A stretch of DNA of 64,000 nucleotides from Candidatus Woesebacteria bacterium UBA1430 (GCA_002329465.1 DCTW01000005.1:4131-68130), one strand, 5' to 3'; positions 44,534 through 55,460 are shown, counted from the first letter of the stretch. Made by a program: numbers and translations. Notes: generated by a model from the letters alone, not told the origin.

Positions 44534-44773
44534 ATGGCAAGCATTTGCTTTATTTGTCACAAAAGTTCGGTCGTAGGAAAAAGCCAAAAGCACCGAAGAG
44601 GTGTGGCGGGTAAGCGTTGGAAAAATAAAGTTACGCCCACAAAACGTGTTTTCAAACCAAATCTTCAACCCATTACGCTCAAAGTAAACGGAATAAACAA
44701 AAAAGTTTACCTATGCACAAGGTGCATCAAGAGACTTAAAAAAGACAAAAAAGAAGCTATTTTTCAAATCTAG
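44534..44773 (+). CDS. rpmB: Ribosomal protein L28.
   Basis: The motifs 'CFICHKSSVVGKSQKHRRG…KRVFKPNLQ' are present. Confidence 0.75.
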   Translation: MASICFICHKSSVVGKSQKHRRGVAGKRWKNKVTPTKRVFKPNLQPITLKVNGINKKVYLCTRCIKRLKKDKKEAIFQI

Positions 44774-45701
44774 CTTCAGGATACCCCTCAATAAACTGTT
44801 TGTAGCTAACTGTGTTTTTACCCTCCAGCTGAACACGCTCCAAAATTAACTTTTTGTTCTCAAGTCTGGCTGAAAATATTTTTAGTCTCTTTTTTATTTT
44901 TCCTGGTAAGCTAATCTCGCTATAAGTTGTCGGCCAGGGATTTGTTGCCCTGATAAATCTTTCGATAGTTATTGGATTTGCTTTTTGAGTATAATTTTTC
45001 AAAAAAGCTATCTCCCAATCTCTGGACGACTCTTTTCCCTCCAAAGCATTCTTAATAAATTCCGGTAAAATAAAGCCATGTTCCCTTTTTATCGGAGTAG
45101 TAAAGCTTGCAGAGGATTCGTCCTGAACTTTAAGGTTAATTTTTCCGCTGATATAGCTCGGGATAAGCCGCAAAATAAACTCTCCGGATCTTTCAAACAA
45201 TCTTTCCGTTAAAGACCCCTGTGTATCATCCGGCTTTATCTCCTCTTTAAAGCTGGAAACAATCGGCCCATGGTCAAGCTTCTCATCCATCTTAATTACG
45301 CTAACTCCACTAAAGCGCTCCCCGGCGGCGATTGCTGCTTGGACAGGAGAGGCACCTCTATATTTTGGCAAAAGCGAGGGATGGATATTTAATATCCCGT
45401 ACTTAAATTTCCCCAAAACCTTCTTGGGTACAATGTTTCCATAAGCAGCTAAAATACCCAAATCTGCTTTTGGTATATCGGTAAGATTTCTAAATATTGG
45501 TATTTTTCTTTTATGGGCAAAGTTGTCAACAGGGCTGTATTCAAGAAACTGTTTTCTGCCTACCGGTTTGGGCGGCTGTGTAACAACTCCGATAATTCCA
45601 CCGTTCCTATTATATCTTTTATAAAGAAGCTTCAAAATATTTGCCGAATAGTAAGGTGTGCCGAAAAATACGATTTTCATGTCAGCTCTACTTCTTCCCA
45701 C
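44757..45701 (-). CDS. fmt: Methionyl-tRNA formyltransferase.
   Basis: The motifs 'KIVFFGTP', 'ILNIHPSLLPKYRGASPVQAAI' and 'SGVSVIKMDEKLDHGPI' are present. Confidence 0.9.
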   Translation of the reverse strand: MGRSRADMKIVFFGTPYYSANILKLLYKRYNRNGGIIGVVTQPPKPVGRKQFLEYSPVDNFAHKRKIPIFRNLTDIPKADLGILAAYGNIVPKKVLGKFKYGILNIHPSLLPKYRGASPVQAAIAAGERFSGVSVIKMDEKLDHGPIVSSFKEEIKPDDTQGSLTERLFERSGEFILRLIPSYISGKINLKVQDESSASFTTPIKREHGFILPEFIKNALEGKESSRDWEIAFLKNYTQKANPITIERFIRATNPWPTTYSEISLPGKIKKRLKIFSARLENKKLILERVQLEGKNTVSYKQFIEGYPEARFEK

Positions 45702-46243
45702 TCATCGCCTTTAATATGATAAAGCGGAGATTTGTTTTTAAGTATGTGGTCAACAAACATCACGCCTATAAGATGATCCATTTCATGCTGTACAATTTGT
45801 GCAGGAAAACCGCTAAACTGCTCTTTAATCCTTTTTCCTTTAATGTTTTGATATTCAATAGCAATTTTAGATGCGCGCTCGATAGGTCCATAAAAATGGG
45901 GGATTGATAAACAGCCCTCAAGTATGTTTTCGTTCTTTTTGTTTTTAGGTTTTATTCTTTTTTTAGATATGCTAATAACTTTTGGGTTTATAACCTCTTT
46001 TGTAGTAATTCCCGCTTCTGGATAGTGCATAATAAATATTTTCAAATTTTTCCCTACTTGGGGAGCTGCAAGCCCAACGCCCTCAGGGTCTTTCTGAGAA
46101 AGCAGAGTCTCTTTCATATCCGAAACAAGAGATTTTATCTTTTTATCGATTTTTACCACCTCTTTGGATTTTTTTCGAAGAGCAGGATGTTTTATATCAA
46201 CAATTTTAAGTATCATATAAGTATAAATTATATCACTCTTCAA
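45677..46243 (-). CDS. def: Peptide deformylase.
   Basis: The motifs 'GVGLAAPQVG', 'EGCLSIP' and 'HEMDHL' are present. Confidence 0.9.
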   Translation of the reverse strand: MKSDIIYTYMILKIVDIKHPALRKKSKEVVKIDKKIKSLVSDMKETLLSQKDPEGVGLAAPQVGKNLKIFIMHYPEAGITTKEVINPKVISISKKRIKPKNKKNENILEGCLSIPHFYGPIERASKIAIEYQNIKGKRIKEQFSGFPAQIVQHEMDHLIGVMFVDHILKNKSPLYHIKGDEWEEVELT

Positions 46244-48102
46244 TGACCATCCCGCTGGGCGTACAAAACCGACAGAAGGACAAATGCCTTTTCATAATCG
46301 GGCTTAAGAAGGCAGGCTTTTTTAAGGTGCTCTATTGCTTTTTCAAAGTTTCCGGTTCTTGCGTAGCTAAGCGCTAAAACATAGTAATTTCTTGGGTCGG
46401 TGGGGGACAAATCTATCATTCTTTCGAGTATTTCAATGGATTTTAATAAATATTCGCCGTCAATCTGGGACATATCTGCATAAGAATTTGATATTATCTG
46501 AAGAATTTTTATATTTCTGGGTGACTGCGAAAACGCTTTTTCGGAAGCGTATTCGGCATTAGCTGCACTTTCTTGATAATCAATACCGCTCAAAAATTCA
46601 TCCAGAGCTTTTGCTGACGAGGCCGATGAAAAGTGTGCCCAGTAAAGAGGCTCGTTGTTTAAACCTAAAGCCTTATTAAAAAAATATTCCGATTCAGCGT
46701 AATTTTTACGCGATAAGCTCTTTGTAGCCTTTGCATAATAGATATCCGCAGCAAAATATCTAGCAATTAAAACCAATCCAAATATATAAGCAATTGTCAA
46801 AAAACTCATACCGAAGGCTATTGATCCTTTTTTAATTTTTAGCACTTTATCTTTTGAGTTATCGTTTTTTTTACATAAAGCGGGATATAGAAAAAAGGTT
46901 ACCGAAGTGGAAACCACGCTGAATCCGAAAAAGTTCGTTATTAAAAGCCCCAGATATCCGGCCAAAAGTGCATTTTTATAATCGGACTTGGAAACAACAA
47001 TCATTTTGATCGAAGCGGCAACGATTAACATATACGCCAAAAAGCCGAAAATACCGGTTGTGGCAAGATAATTTAGATATTCATTGTGCGCTTTGTTATA
47101 AATGTAATTCCACTCGCTGGTTAAGTTGTGCTCAACAGGCCTGTATTTGTAATATGAAAACGCAAAAGTCTCAACCCCCGAGCCGAATAGGGGGTAGTCT
47201 CTAAAAATATCAAAAGCCCCCCTCCAAATTATTTTTCTTATGTCGCTACTTTCTGTTATTAAAACATCTGCACTCGGCTTTTTATAGGCACGGTCCTTAG
47301 TTATTACGGAATTTGTCCAAGGTGTTCCAAAAACCGCTGAAATTATTGCAATTATAAATATTCCAAGAAAAGCTACCCGCTTTCTTGTAAGAAAAAGATA
47401 AACTAGATAGGCGATCAAAAATCCCAAAACTCCGGATCTTGATTTAGTGAACAAAACCGCACTGTAAATTAACCCAAAAATTAAGATACTAAGCTTTCCC
47501 TTAAACATCAAAAAGCTTAGAGCAGTAATTGTTACAAGCCAAGCAGCAAGCCAATTGGGCTGCCCAAAACTTGCAAAAGCTCTGTGAGTAACGTCTTGTA
47601 CCCAGCAGTCGGCGCCAAATTCTCCCTTTAAAATAAAACAGCTGGGGCTTTTGCCGAAATGTTCAAATCCAGCCCAAAGCGATAGAATTAAACCCGAAAA
47701 TATAGCATTTCTTAACATAACACGGCTTTCTTTGTTTGCGACATTAGAAACATACCCCCAGTATAAAACTGAGTAGGCGGTACTGGACAAAAGACCGCCG
47801 TTGAACCGTGAATAATACCCAAAAATAGAAGTTCTTGTGTCTATTGAAAAATAAGTGGAAACGGCCTGGGATAAAATAAAAAAAAGTAAAGGTAAGTCTA
47901 ATATTGTGCGACTAAAAATAATTTTTCTTTCAGTTAAAGACCTTAAAATCCACAAAAATAAAATTGTCAAAGCTGAAAAATAGATAAAAACTAATTTATT
48001 AAACTCAAAAACCTCGCTTGTAAAAGGCAAAAAAATTAAAGGCGTTAAGAAAAAAAGTAATTTGTAAAAAAAAGATATTATTTTTTTATAAATTTTAGAC
48101 AT
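46240..48102 (-). CDS. O-antigen-ligase (Wzy_C)-family polytopic membrane protein with C-terminal TPR repeats.
   Basis: There are at least ten transmembrane helices. The family motif is 'KAHNEYLNYLATTGIFG'. The C-terminal TPR-like motif is 'YVLALSYARTGNFEKAIEHLKKA'. Confidence 0.65.
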   Translation of the reverse strand: MSKIYKKIISFFYKLLFFLTPLIFLPFTSEVFEFNKLVFIYFSALTILFLWILRSLTERKIIFSRTILDLPLLFFILSQAVSTYFSIDTRTSIFGYYSRFNGGLLSSTAYSVLYWGYVSNVANKESRVMLRNAIFSGLILSLWAGFEHFGKSPSCFILKGEFGADCWVQDVTHRAFASFGQPNWLAAWLVTITALSFLMFKGKLSILIFGLIYSAVLFTKSRSGVLGFLIAYLVYLFLTRKRVAFLGIFIIAIISAVFGTPWTNSVITKDRAYKKPSADVLITESSDIRKIIWRGAFDIFRDYPLFGSGVETFAFSYYKYRPVEHNLTSEWNYIYNKAHNEYLNYLATTGIFGFLAYMLIVAASIKMIVVSKSDYKNALLAGYLGLLITNFFGFSVVSTSVTFFLYPALCKKNDNSKDKVLKIKKGSIAFGMSFLTIAYIFGLVLIARYFAADIYYAKATKSLSRKNYAESEYFFNKALGLNNEPLYWAHFSSASSAKALDEFLSGIDYQESAANAEYASEKAFSQSPRNIKILQIISNSYADMSQIDGEYLLKSIEILERMIDLSPTDPRNYYVLALSYARTGNFEKAIEHLKKACLLKPDYEKAFVLLSVLYAQRDGH

Positions 48103-48155
48103 TTTACTAGTGTTATAATGCGTAAAACATTATACATAGTATAATTCAATCTGTT

Positions 48156-49190
48156 ATGATCAATAGACTCTTTGGATTGTTCAGTCACGATATAGGAATA
48201 GATCTTGGTACAGCAAATACTCTTGTGTTCGTTGCAGAAAAAGGCATCGTAATACGAGAGCCCTCGGTAGTAGCTCGACATAAAAAAACAAAAGAAATCC
48301 TTAGCATTGGCTCCTCTGCAAAAAAGATGGTGGGCAGAACTCCCGCCTCAATAGAAGCAATAAGGCCGCTAAAAGACGGAGTAATAGCGGATTTTGATGC
48401 GACTTCGGCAATGCTCTCTTACTATATCAAAAAAGTCCACGAATCTGGTTCAACCATACCCAAAATACCCCGACCGAGAGTGGTAGTCGGAATCCCCTCG
48501 GGTGTAACTGAAGTAGAGCGAAGAGCTGTGGTCGATGCAGCGCTTTCAGCAGGAGCAAGGCGCGCCTATCTGGTAGAAGAGCCTGTTGCCGCGGCAATTG
48601 GGGCGGATATTCCCATAGAAGATCCAAGCGGTGTTTTTATCGTAGATATCGGGGGTGGTACCACTGAAATTGCGCTAATTTCGCTCGGTGGAATAGTACT
48701 AGGCAGATCAATAAGAGTAGCGGGAGATGAAATGGACGAGGCAATTATAAACTATTTTAGGCTAAAATATTCTTTGCTTTTGGGTCAGCCGACAGCTGAA
48801 GAGATCAAAATAGGTATCGGCTCGGCAGCGGCTGCAAAAGAAAAATTTTTAGTAGTAAGAGGAAGGGATTTGGAAACAGGTCTCCCAAGATCGCAAAAAC
48901 TTTCAAGCGATGAAGTTCGCGAAGCCCTTGCGCCTATAATCCAAGAAATAGTAGGACACGTAAAAGATTCGCTTGAGGAAGCCCCTCCCGAGCTTTTATC
49001 GGATGTCTTAAAGTCAGGAATAGTTCTTGCCGGAGGTGGATCGCTGATTGAGGGTATCGACAAAGTTATTTCAGAAGCCACAAAAACAAAAGTAGAAGTT
49101 GCAAATGATCCAATCTCCTGTGTTGCTCGGGGATGTGGAAAACTGCTTCGCGACAATTCGCTGCTCAAAAAAATTAAAATTACAAGTTAG
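48156..49190 (+). CDS. mreB: Rod shape-determining protein MreB (paralog 2).
   Basis: 'IGIDLGTANTLVFVAEKGIVIREPSVVA' and the full-length MreB signature are present. Confidence 0.9.
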   Translation: MINRLFGLFSHDIGIDLGTANTLVFVAEKGIVIREPSVVARHKKTKEILSIGSSAKKMVGRTPASIEAIRPLKDGVIADFDATSAMLSYYIKKVHESGSTIPKIPRPRVVVGIPSGVTEVERRAVVDAALSAGARRAYLVEEPVAAAIGADIPIEDPSGVFIVDIGGGTTEIALISLGGIVLGRSIRVAGDEMDEAIINYFRLKYSLLLGQPTAEEIKIGIGSAAAAKEKFLVVRGRDLETGLPRSQKLSSDEVREALAPIIQEIVGHVKDSLEEAPPELLSDVLKSGIVLAGGGSLIEGIDKVISEATKTKVEVANDPISCVARGCGKLLRDNSLLKKIKITS

Positions 49191-49191
49191 T

Positions 49192-50814
49192 ATGGAGACT
49201 TTTTCAAGTGCCCAAAAAGAAAGCTGGCTTTCCTGGTTTTTAAAAGGAATATTGCTTCTTGGTTTTTTTATTCTTTTGGCAAGGGCAATAGAGCTTCAAA
49301 TAATAAAAGGCTCTTATTATAGAGACTTGGCCGAAGGAAATCGCCTTCGTACAATAGTTATACCTGCACCCAGAGGGAAAATACTCGATAGAAATGGCAA
49401 GGTCCTCGTAGATAACAAAATGGATTATTTTAACTTTACTCTTACGCCGGAGCTTAGCCTGGAGGCCAAAAAGGCAGACTCGCCGAATGAAGAGTCAATA
49501 GCTATCTGGACAAGGCATTACCCTCTGGGTGAAAAATTTGCCCATGTTAGCGGATATTTAGGAGAAGTAAACAGCAAGGAAGTCGGTAAAGTAAATCCCC
49601 TGTGTAAAGAAAAAGGGATTAGAAAATTAGGCTCAATGGTAGGAAGGGGTGGACTTGAAGAACACTACGACTGCCTTTTAAGAGGAATAGACGGTGAAGA
49701 ACTCTTGGAAGTTGATACTTTCGGTAAAAAAATAAGAACCTTCGCGCGAAAAAACCCCCAAAACGGCCAAGACCTAACAACAACTATAGATATAGGTCTT
49801 CAAAACGCAGTTTCCCTAAGGCTTACCGGAAAACGCGGAGCAATAGTGGCATCCGATCCGAACGGCGAAATTTTGGCAATCTATTCTTCTCCAAGCTACG
49901 ATCCAAACTTATTTGCAAGTAGCGAAAATCAAAATAAAAACAAGCTCCAATCAATACTGGATGATAAATCAATGCCGCTTTTTAATAGGGCAATATCCGG
50001 TCTTTATCATCCTGGCTCAATTTTTAAAATGGTGACGGCAACTGCGGCTTTGGAATCAAATGTAATAGACAAGGATTTTACATACGAGGACAAGGGGATA
50101 ATTATCGTAAATGACTTTAGCTACACAAACTGGTATTTTACCCAATATGGGCGTACAGAAGGAATAATCAATCTTCCCCGGGCAATTGCCCGCTCCACAG
50201 ATACCTTTTTTTATAATTTGGGAGAGCTAACAGGTATCGACGCCATAGTAGAATGGGCTAAAAATTTCGGTCTTAATGGGAAAACAGGAATAGATTTAGT
50301 TTCGGAATCAAAAAGCCTGGTTCCCTCGCCCGAATGGAAAAAGGCGGTAATTGGAGAGCGCTGGTTTCTGGGAAACACTTTTCATATAGCCATAGGTCAG
50401 GGCGATCTCTTAGTTACCCCACTTGCCGCGAACATGGCTGTCGCAGCACTTATTAAAGGCGAGCTTTGCGTACCCCATATAAATGCCGATATGGAAAAGT
50501 CGTGTAAAAGCCTAGCTATTTCAAAAGAAAATCTTGAAATCATAAAAGAAGGCATGAAGGGAGCTTGCTCCCAAGGAGGTACCGCGTATCCATTTTTTGA
50601 TTTTACTCCAGAAGTCGCATGCAAAACAGGTACTGCGGAAACTTCAAAAGAGGACACAACTCATGCTTGGTTTACGGTTTATGCTCCTATTGATAATCCA
50701 GAAATTGTATTGACAATCCTCGTCGAAGAAGGGGGAGAAGGCTCAAGCGAAGCAGCGCCTATAGCACGCGACATTCTTGAGTATTGGTTTCGAAGAAAGA
50801 GTAATGAAAATTAA
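49192..50814 (+). CDS. mrdA: Penicillin-binding protein 2 (elongation transpeptidase).
   Basis: There is an N-terminal transmembrane segment. The PBP motifs are SxxK 'GSIFK', SxN-like 'SYTNW' and KTG 'KTGTAE'. The gene sits directly after mreB. I took the start at the internal ATG 49192. Confidence 0.85.
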   Translation: METFSSAQKESWLSWFLKGILLLGFFILLARAIELQIIKGSYYRDLAEGNRLRTIVIPAPRGKILDRNGKVLVDNKMDYFNFTLTPELSLEAKKADSPNEESIAIWTRHYPLGEKFAHVSGYLGEVNSKEVGKVNPLCKEKGIRKLGSMVGRGGLEEHYDCLLRGIDGEELLEVDTFGKKIRTFARKNPQNGQDLTTTIDIGLQNAVSLRLTGKRGAIVASDPNGEILAIYSSPSYDPNLFASSENQNKNKLQSILDDKSMPLFNRAISGLYHPGSIFKMVTATAALESNVIDKDFTYEDKGIIIVNDFSYTNWYFTQYGRTEGIINLPRAIARSTDTFFYNLGELTGIDAIVEWAKNFGLNGKTGIDLVSESKSLVPSPEWKKAVIGERWFLGNTFHIAIGQGDLLVTPLAANMAVAALIKGELCVPHINADMEKSCKSLAISKENLEIIKEGMKGACSQGGTAYPFFDFTPEVACKTGTAETSKEDTTHAWFTVYAPIDNPEIVLTILVEEGGEGSSEAAPIARDILEYWFRRKSNEN

Positions 50815-51436
50815 GCTTCTTAATCTAGTCAACACGGATTTACCCCCAAAAATATTCTTTGCGGGGGAAATAAAACCAGAAGATCGTCGCGCCGTAGCTA
50901 TCGTCGGATCAAGATTGATGAGCTCTTATGGTAAAAAAATAGCGTCGGACTTCTCATTCTATTTATCTTCAAACGGAATAACAATTATTTCAGGACTAGC
51001 AAGGGGTATAGATACGGTGGTGCATGAAAGCGCTCTCAAAGCCAAAGGAAGAACAATAGCAGTTTTAGGTTCCGGGCTTGATATTGTCTATCCGCCGGAA
51101 AACGCGAAATTATTTGAAAGAATTGTTAAAAGAGGGGCGGTAATAAGCCAGTTTCCTCTCGGCACAAAGCCATATGGCAAGAACTTTTTGGCAAGAAATC
51201 GTACAATCGCGGCACTTTCGCTTGCGGTTGTAGTCGTTGAGGGAAAGAAAAAAAGCGGAACCCTCTCAACCGCTTCCCATGCTGCAGACTTGGGTAAAGA
51301 GGTTTTTGCAGTCCCGGGGCCAATTACGTCTCCGCTTGCAGAAGCGCCCAATTTCTTACTTGAAAACGGCGCAAGGATTGCCAAATCTCCGAAAGAAGTA
51401 TTAGAGTACGTTAAGAGCATAAATTTGACAAAATGA
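50777..51436 (+). CDS. dprA: DNA-processing protein DprA/Smf (short form).
   Basis: The motifs 'VAIVGSRLMSSYG', 'ISGLARGIDTVVH' and 'IAVLGSGLDIVYP' are present. Confidence 0.8.
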   Translation: MSIGFEERVMKIKLLNLVNTDLPPKIFFAGEIKPEDRRAVAIVGSRLMSSYGKKIASDFSFYLSSNGITIISGLARGIDTVVHESALKAKGRTIAVLGSGLDIVYPPENAKLFERIVKRGAVISQFPLGTKPYGKNFLARNRTIAALSLAVVVVEGKKKSGTLSTASHAADLGKEVFAVPGPITSPLAEAPNFLLENGARIAKSPKEVLEYVKSINLTK

Positions 51437-51462
51437 AAATTTTTAAATATTTTTAATTTCTT

Positions 51463-53409
51463 ATGAATCTTATTATTGTCGAATCGCCGACCAAAGCACG
51501 CACACTAAGCCGGTTTCTTGACAAAGACTATTCTGTTGAGGCAACTATGGGCCATATCAAGGATCTGCCGAAATCCAAGCTTGGTGTGGACATAGAAAAA
51601 GATTTCGAGCCGGACTACCTGTTGATCGAAAAGAGAAAAAAAGAAATTCAAAAAATTAAGTCGGCTTCCAAAAAAGCAAACCTAATTTTCCTAGCCTCCG
51701 ACCCGGATCGTGAAGGAGAAGCAATAGCAGCACATGTAAAAGAAGAAATTGGAAACGGAAAAACAAGAAGAATAGTATTTCACGAAATTTCAAAGGAAGC
51801 AGTCTTCGAAGCGATTAAAAACCCAAGGGATATAAATTCCGATCTCGTCAACGCCCAGATAGCAAGAAGAGTACTCGACAGGCTTGTAGGATATAAGCTT
51901 TCTCCGCTTCTTTGGAAAAAAGTTCGTCGTGGACTTTCAGCCGGAAGAGTCCAGTCCGTAGCAGTAAGGCTTATTGTCGAAAGGGAAAGGGAAATAGAAA
52001 ATTTTACCCCAGAGGAATATTGGGAAATAGCCGCAGAGCTGGCAAAATCCGGCGACAAAAAAACATTTATCGCCTCTTTGACAAAAATTAAAGACAAAAA
52101 AGCCGAGGTTAAAAATAAAAATGAGGCGGATGATATAGTCAAAGATCTTTCCGGTGCCGATTATAAAGTAGAAGACGTTTCTACGCGTGAAATCAGAAAT
52201 AATCCCTATCCTCCGTTTACCACTTCTACAATGACACAAAGCGCATCAAGGCTTTTCGGCTGGTCTTCAAAAAAAACAATGAGCGTCGCTCAGAAACTAT
52301 ATGAAGAAGGTTTAATAACATATCATAGAACAGATTCTACAAATCTATCTCGATCTGCAGTCCAAAAGGCACGCTCACTTATTCAAAAAGAGTTTGGAGC
52401 TAAATATTTGCCTCAAAAAGAAAGAGTCTATAAAACCAAAAGCAAAAGCGCCCAAGAAGCACACGAGGCAATAAGGGTGGTCGATCCTTTTCTTAAAGAG
52501 CCAGAAACAAAAGGGCGCTTTGCAAACGATTCCCTAAAGCTTTATAAACTTATCTGGAAAAGATTTTTAGCATGCCAAATGTCCGAAGCGCTCTATGATA
52601 GAAAAACGATTATTGTTTCGGCCTTTTCTAAATATACTCTTAAAGCCTCCGGTCAGACGATGAAATTCGACGGCTGGACTACGCTTTATGCAAGCATAAA
52701 GGATAGCTCCGAAAGTGTAATCTATCTCCCAGAGGTTAAAAAGGGAGAAATCCTGGATTTTATTAAAATTCACAAGGAGCAGCGTTTTACACAGCCGCCG
52801 CCAAGGTTTAACGAGGCTTCTTTAATAAAAACGCTTGAACAATTAGGAATAGGCCGACCTTCGACTTATGCCCCAACTATTTCAACAATTCTGTTTAGAA
52901 ATTATGTGGAAAAGGATGAGGGAAAGTTTGTCCCTACTGCAATTGGGACGGCGGTCAATGATTTTTTGGTCAAAAATTTTCCTGAAGTTTTTGATTACGG
53001 ATTTACCGCAGAAATGGAAGAAAATCTGGACAAAATAGCCGAAGGAAATTCACAGTGGAAAATAACAATTAAAAAATTTTGGGATCCTTTCGCAAACAAG
53101 CTGGAAGTAATTGAGCAAAAAGCAGAAAGGGTTAAAATAGAAACCGAAAAGCTTGGGAAGAAATGCCCCGAATGTAAAACGGGTGAGCTGGTAATACGAA
53201 CGGGAAGGTTTGGAAAATTTATTTCCTGCTCGCGTTTTCCCGATTGTAAATACACTGAAAAATATGAGCAAAAGCTAAAAATGAAATGTCCCGAATGCAA
53301 AAAAGGCGAAGTTGTGATTAAAAAGACCAAAAAGGGTAGAAAATTTTTTGGCTGCTCACGCTATCCCGATTGCACCTGGGCAAGTTGGACTGATCCGAGA
53401 AAAAAATAA
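51463..53409 (+). CDS. topA: DNA topoisomerase I.
   Basis: The TOPRIM motifs are 'LIIVESPTKARTL' and 'LASDPDREGEAIA'. There are two C-terminal C4 zinc ribbons. Confidence 0.9.
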   Translation: MNLIIVESPTKARTLSRFLDKDYSVEATMGHIKDLPKSKLGVDIEKDFEPDYLLIEKRKKEIQKIKSASKKANLIFLASDPDREGEAIAAHVKEEIGNGKTRRIVFHEISKEAVFEAIKNPRDINSDLVNAQIARRVLDRLVGYKLSPLLWKKVRRGLSAGRVQSVAVRLIVEREREIENFTPEEYWEIAAELAKSGDKKTFIASLTKIKDKKAEVKNKNEADDIVKDLSGADYKVEDVSTREIRNNPYPPFTTSTMTQSASRLFGWSSKKTMSVAQKLYEEGLITYHRTDSTNLSRSAVQKARSLIQKEFGAKYLPQKERVYKTKSKSAQEAHEAIRVVDPFLKEPETKGRFANDSLKLYKLIWKRFLACQMSEALYDRKTIIVSAFSKYTLKASGQTMKFDGWTTLYASIKDSSESVIYLPEVKKGEILDFIKIHKEQRFTQPPPRFNEASLIKTLEQLGIGRPSTYAPTISTILFRNYVEKDEGKFVPTAIGTAVNDFLVKNFPEVFDYGFTAEMEENLDKIAEGNSQWKITIKKFWDPFANKLEVIEQKAERVKIETEKLGKKCPECKTGELVIRTGRFGKFISCSRFPDCKYTEKYEQKLKMKCPECKKGEVVIKKTKKGRKFFGCSRYPDCTWASWTDPRKK

Positions 53410-53426
53410 AGCAAAAAATAAATTAG

Positions 53427-54026
53427 ATGGCAAAAATATTGGCTGTAAAAACAAATACTCTTTTCCCAAAAGAAATTCCAAATGGATTTCAAATGGCCAA
53501 ATGGGAAGATGTTGTTTCAATTATTAATAAGCACGCTGAATTTATTGAAAGAGATTTGCTCGAAGATGACTCTTCATATCAGCAGATTGTTGTTCAAATA
53601 GCATTGTCTTTTAAAAATAAGTTTTTCATCCATAAAATACCAAGTTCAGGTTCCGAATCCCGTCTGCACGACATGTGGCCAATACTTCTTGGCGGGCACG
53701 TAGAAGAATACGACGATTCTCTGGAAAAAGCAGCTGAGCGTGAATTCAACGAAGAAATAGACTATCAAGGCAAAATAGTTTCAAAAAATTTTCTGGGTTT
53801 AATAAAAATAAACAACGAAAAGCCAGTAAATCAAGTCCACACCGGCTTAGTCTGGATTTTCAAAGGAGACTCCGAAGACTTCAAATACACAGGAGACAAG
53901 GGAATAACCAAGGCAAAATTTCTTACCATTAGCGAGTTAAAGCCATTTAGAAAAAAGATGACTTGGTGGTCACAAGCGGTATTCGATCACCTTGCCCATG
54001 TTCGACATGCCGTCAGACTGTACTAA
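53427..54026 (+). CDS. Hypothetical protein, possibly a degenerate Nudix-like protein.
   Basis: 'LGGHVEEYDDSLEKAAEREFNEEIDYQG' loosely resembles a Nudix box. Confidence 0.35.
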   Translation: MAKILAVKTNTLFPKEIPNGFQMAKWEDVVSIINKHAEFIERDLLEDDSSYQQIVVQIALSFKNKFFIHKIPSSGSESRLHDMWPILLGGHVEEYDDSLEKAAEREFNEEIDYQGKIVSKNFLGLIKINNEKPVNQVHTGLVWIFKGDSEDFKYTGDKGITKAKFLTISELKPFRKKMTWWSQAVFDHLAHVRHAVRLY

Positions 54027-54531
54027 TTTGAAGTCCCATGCTCGGGCGTCGCTTTCTCTCCAAAACTACAAATTCAAAAGGCGGCATTTTTTCTTTGTGT
54101 GTTTCTTTTTCAGTCTCACTCCATTTATTAAAATCAATCTTGGGAAAATGCCGATCCCCACTGTATTCTTTAAGTATCCTCGTCAGATAAATTCTGTCAG
54201 ATTTTTCCAAAAAATATTTGTAAATCGACTCACCGCCGATAATCATAAGTTCGCGCTCCTTGCGCTTTTTAGCAAAAACAACCGCCTTTTCCGGATCGTC
54301 AAATACAAAAATCCCGTGTGCTTTAAATTTTTTGTCCGAAGTAATTACGATGTTTTGTCTTTTTGGCAGAGCTTTTCCTATGGATTCAAAAGTAGCTCTA
54401 CCCATTAGTACATGGTGTCCCGTGGTAATTTTTTTAAATCTTTCTAGATCTTCTTTTATATTCCAAGGAAGCTTTCCATTTTTTCCTATTGTGTTATTTA
54501 AACTTACTGCGGCAACAATTGATATTTTCAT
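54013..54531 (-). CDS. folA: Dihydrofolate reductase.
   Basis: The motifs 'ISIVAAVSLNNTIGKNGKLPW' and 'VLMGRATFESIG' are present. Confidence 0.85.
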   Translation of the reverse strand: MKISIVAAVSLNNTIGKNGKLPWNIKEDLERFKKITTGHHVLMGRATFESIGKALPKRQNIVITSDKKFKAHGIFVFDDPEKAVVFAKKRKERELMIIGGESIYKYFLEKSDRIYLTRILKEYSGDRHFPKIDFNKWSETEKETHKEKMPPFEFVVLERKRRPSMGLQISTV

Positions 54532-55460
54532 ACTGAAATAGGTGCTGCTATGGGCGGATGTGGATTATATCCTTCAATATCAATCCAATCAGTCTTAATA
54601 TTATCAATATCGCAAAGCTTTGGATTTAAAATAAGTTTTGGCAAAGCTTTGGGAGTACGGGATAATTGCTCTTTAGCTTGTTTTATATGATTTAAGTAAA
54701 GGTGGGTATCTACCAAAGCCATCGTTAATTCTCCGGGAACTTTGCCCGCAACCTTTGCAATTATATGGGTTAAAAGAGCATACGAAGCAATATTAAACGG
54801 AAGCCCGAGAAAAGTATCAACAGATCTCTGAAGCATAAAACAATTTAATTTATTGCCAATCACCTGAAATTGGTAATAAAGATGACAAGGTGGAAGTGCC
54901 ACTTGTTCCAAAGTGGAAGGATCCCAAGCGGTGACAATTATCCTCCTTGAGTGGGGATTATTTTTAATCAAGTCAATGGTTTTTTTTAACTGATCAACCT
55001 GTCCGCCCCTTCCTTTCCAGTGACGCCAGACGTATCCATAAACAGGCCCCAGATCTCCATATTTTTCTGCAAAGTTAGCATCTGACTTAATTTTGTCAAC
55101 AAACTCATCCATCTTCTTTTTCCATGAGGGAGAATATTTTGGATAGCGCTTGGCCAGACCTTTTGATTCAAGATATTTCTGAAAAGGCCATTCGTTCCAG
55201 ATATTTACACCACTAATTACAAGATTTCTAATATTTCGCTCTCCCTTTATAAACCAAAGAAGCTCCTCTTTCACTCCCTTAAACCACACCTTTTTTGTGG
55301 TTAGAAGGGGGAAGCCAAGTGACAAATCAAATTTAAGCATTCTCCCAAAAACTTTTTTAGTCCCGGTTCCCGTTCTATCATCGCCTTCGACGCCGTTTTG
55401 TAAAATATCATCAAGAAGTGCCAAATATTGCTCATCAACCCTGTTTTTAAAAGTTGACAT
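54528..55460 (-). CDS. thyA: Thymidylate synthase (ThyA type).
   Basis: The motifs 'DRTGTGT' and 'LPPCHLYYQFQV' are present. Confidence 0.9.
   Translation of the reverse strand: MSTFKNRVDEQYLALLDDILQNGVEGDDRTGTGTKKVFGRMLKFDLSLGFPLLTTKKVWFKGVKEELLWFIKGERNIRNLVISGVNIWNEWPFQKYLESKGLAKRYPKYSPSWKKKMDEFVDKIKSDANFAEKYGDLGPVYGYVWRHWKGRGGQVDQLKKTIDLIKNNPHSRRIIVTAWDPSTLEQVALPPCHLYYQFQVIGNKLNCFMLQRSVDTFLGLPFNIASYALLTHIIAKVAGKVPGELTMALVDTHLYLNHIKQAKEQLSRTPKALPKLILNPKLCDIDNIKTDWIDIEGYNPHPPIAAPISV

Noticed and set aside
48785-49168. 127-aa minus-strand ORF inside mreB paralog 2.
   Set aside because: It is an antisense shadow of a conserved gene.
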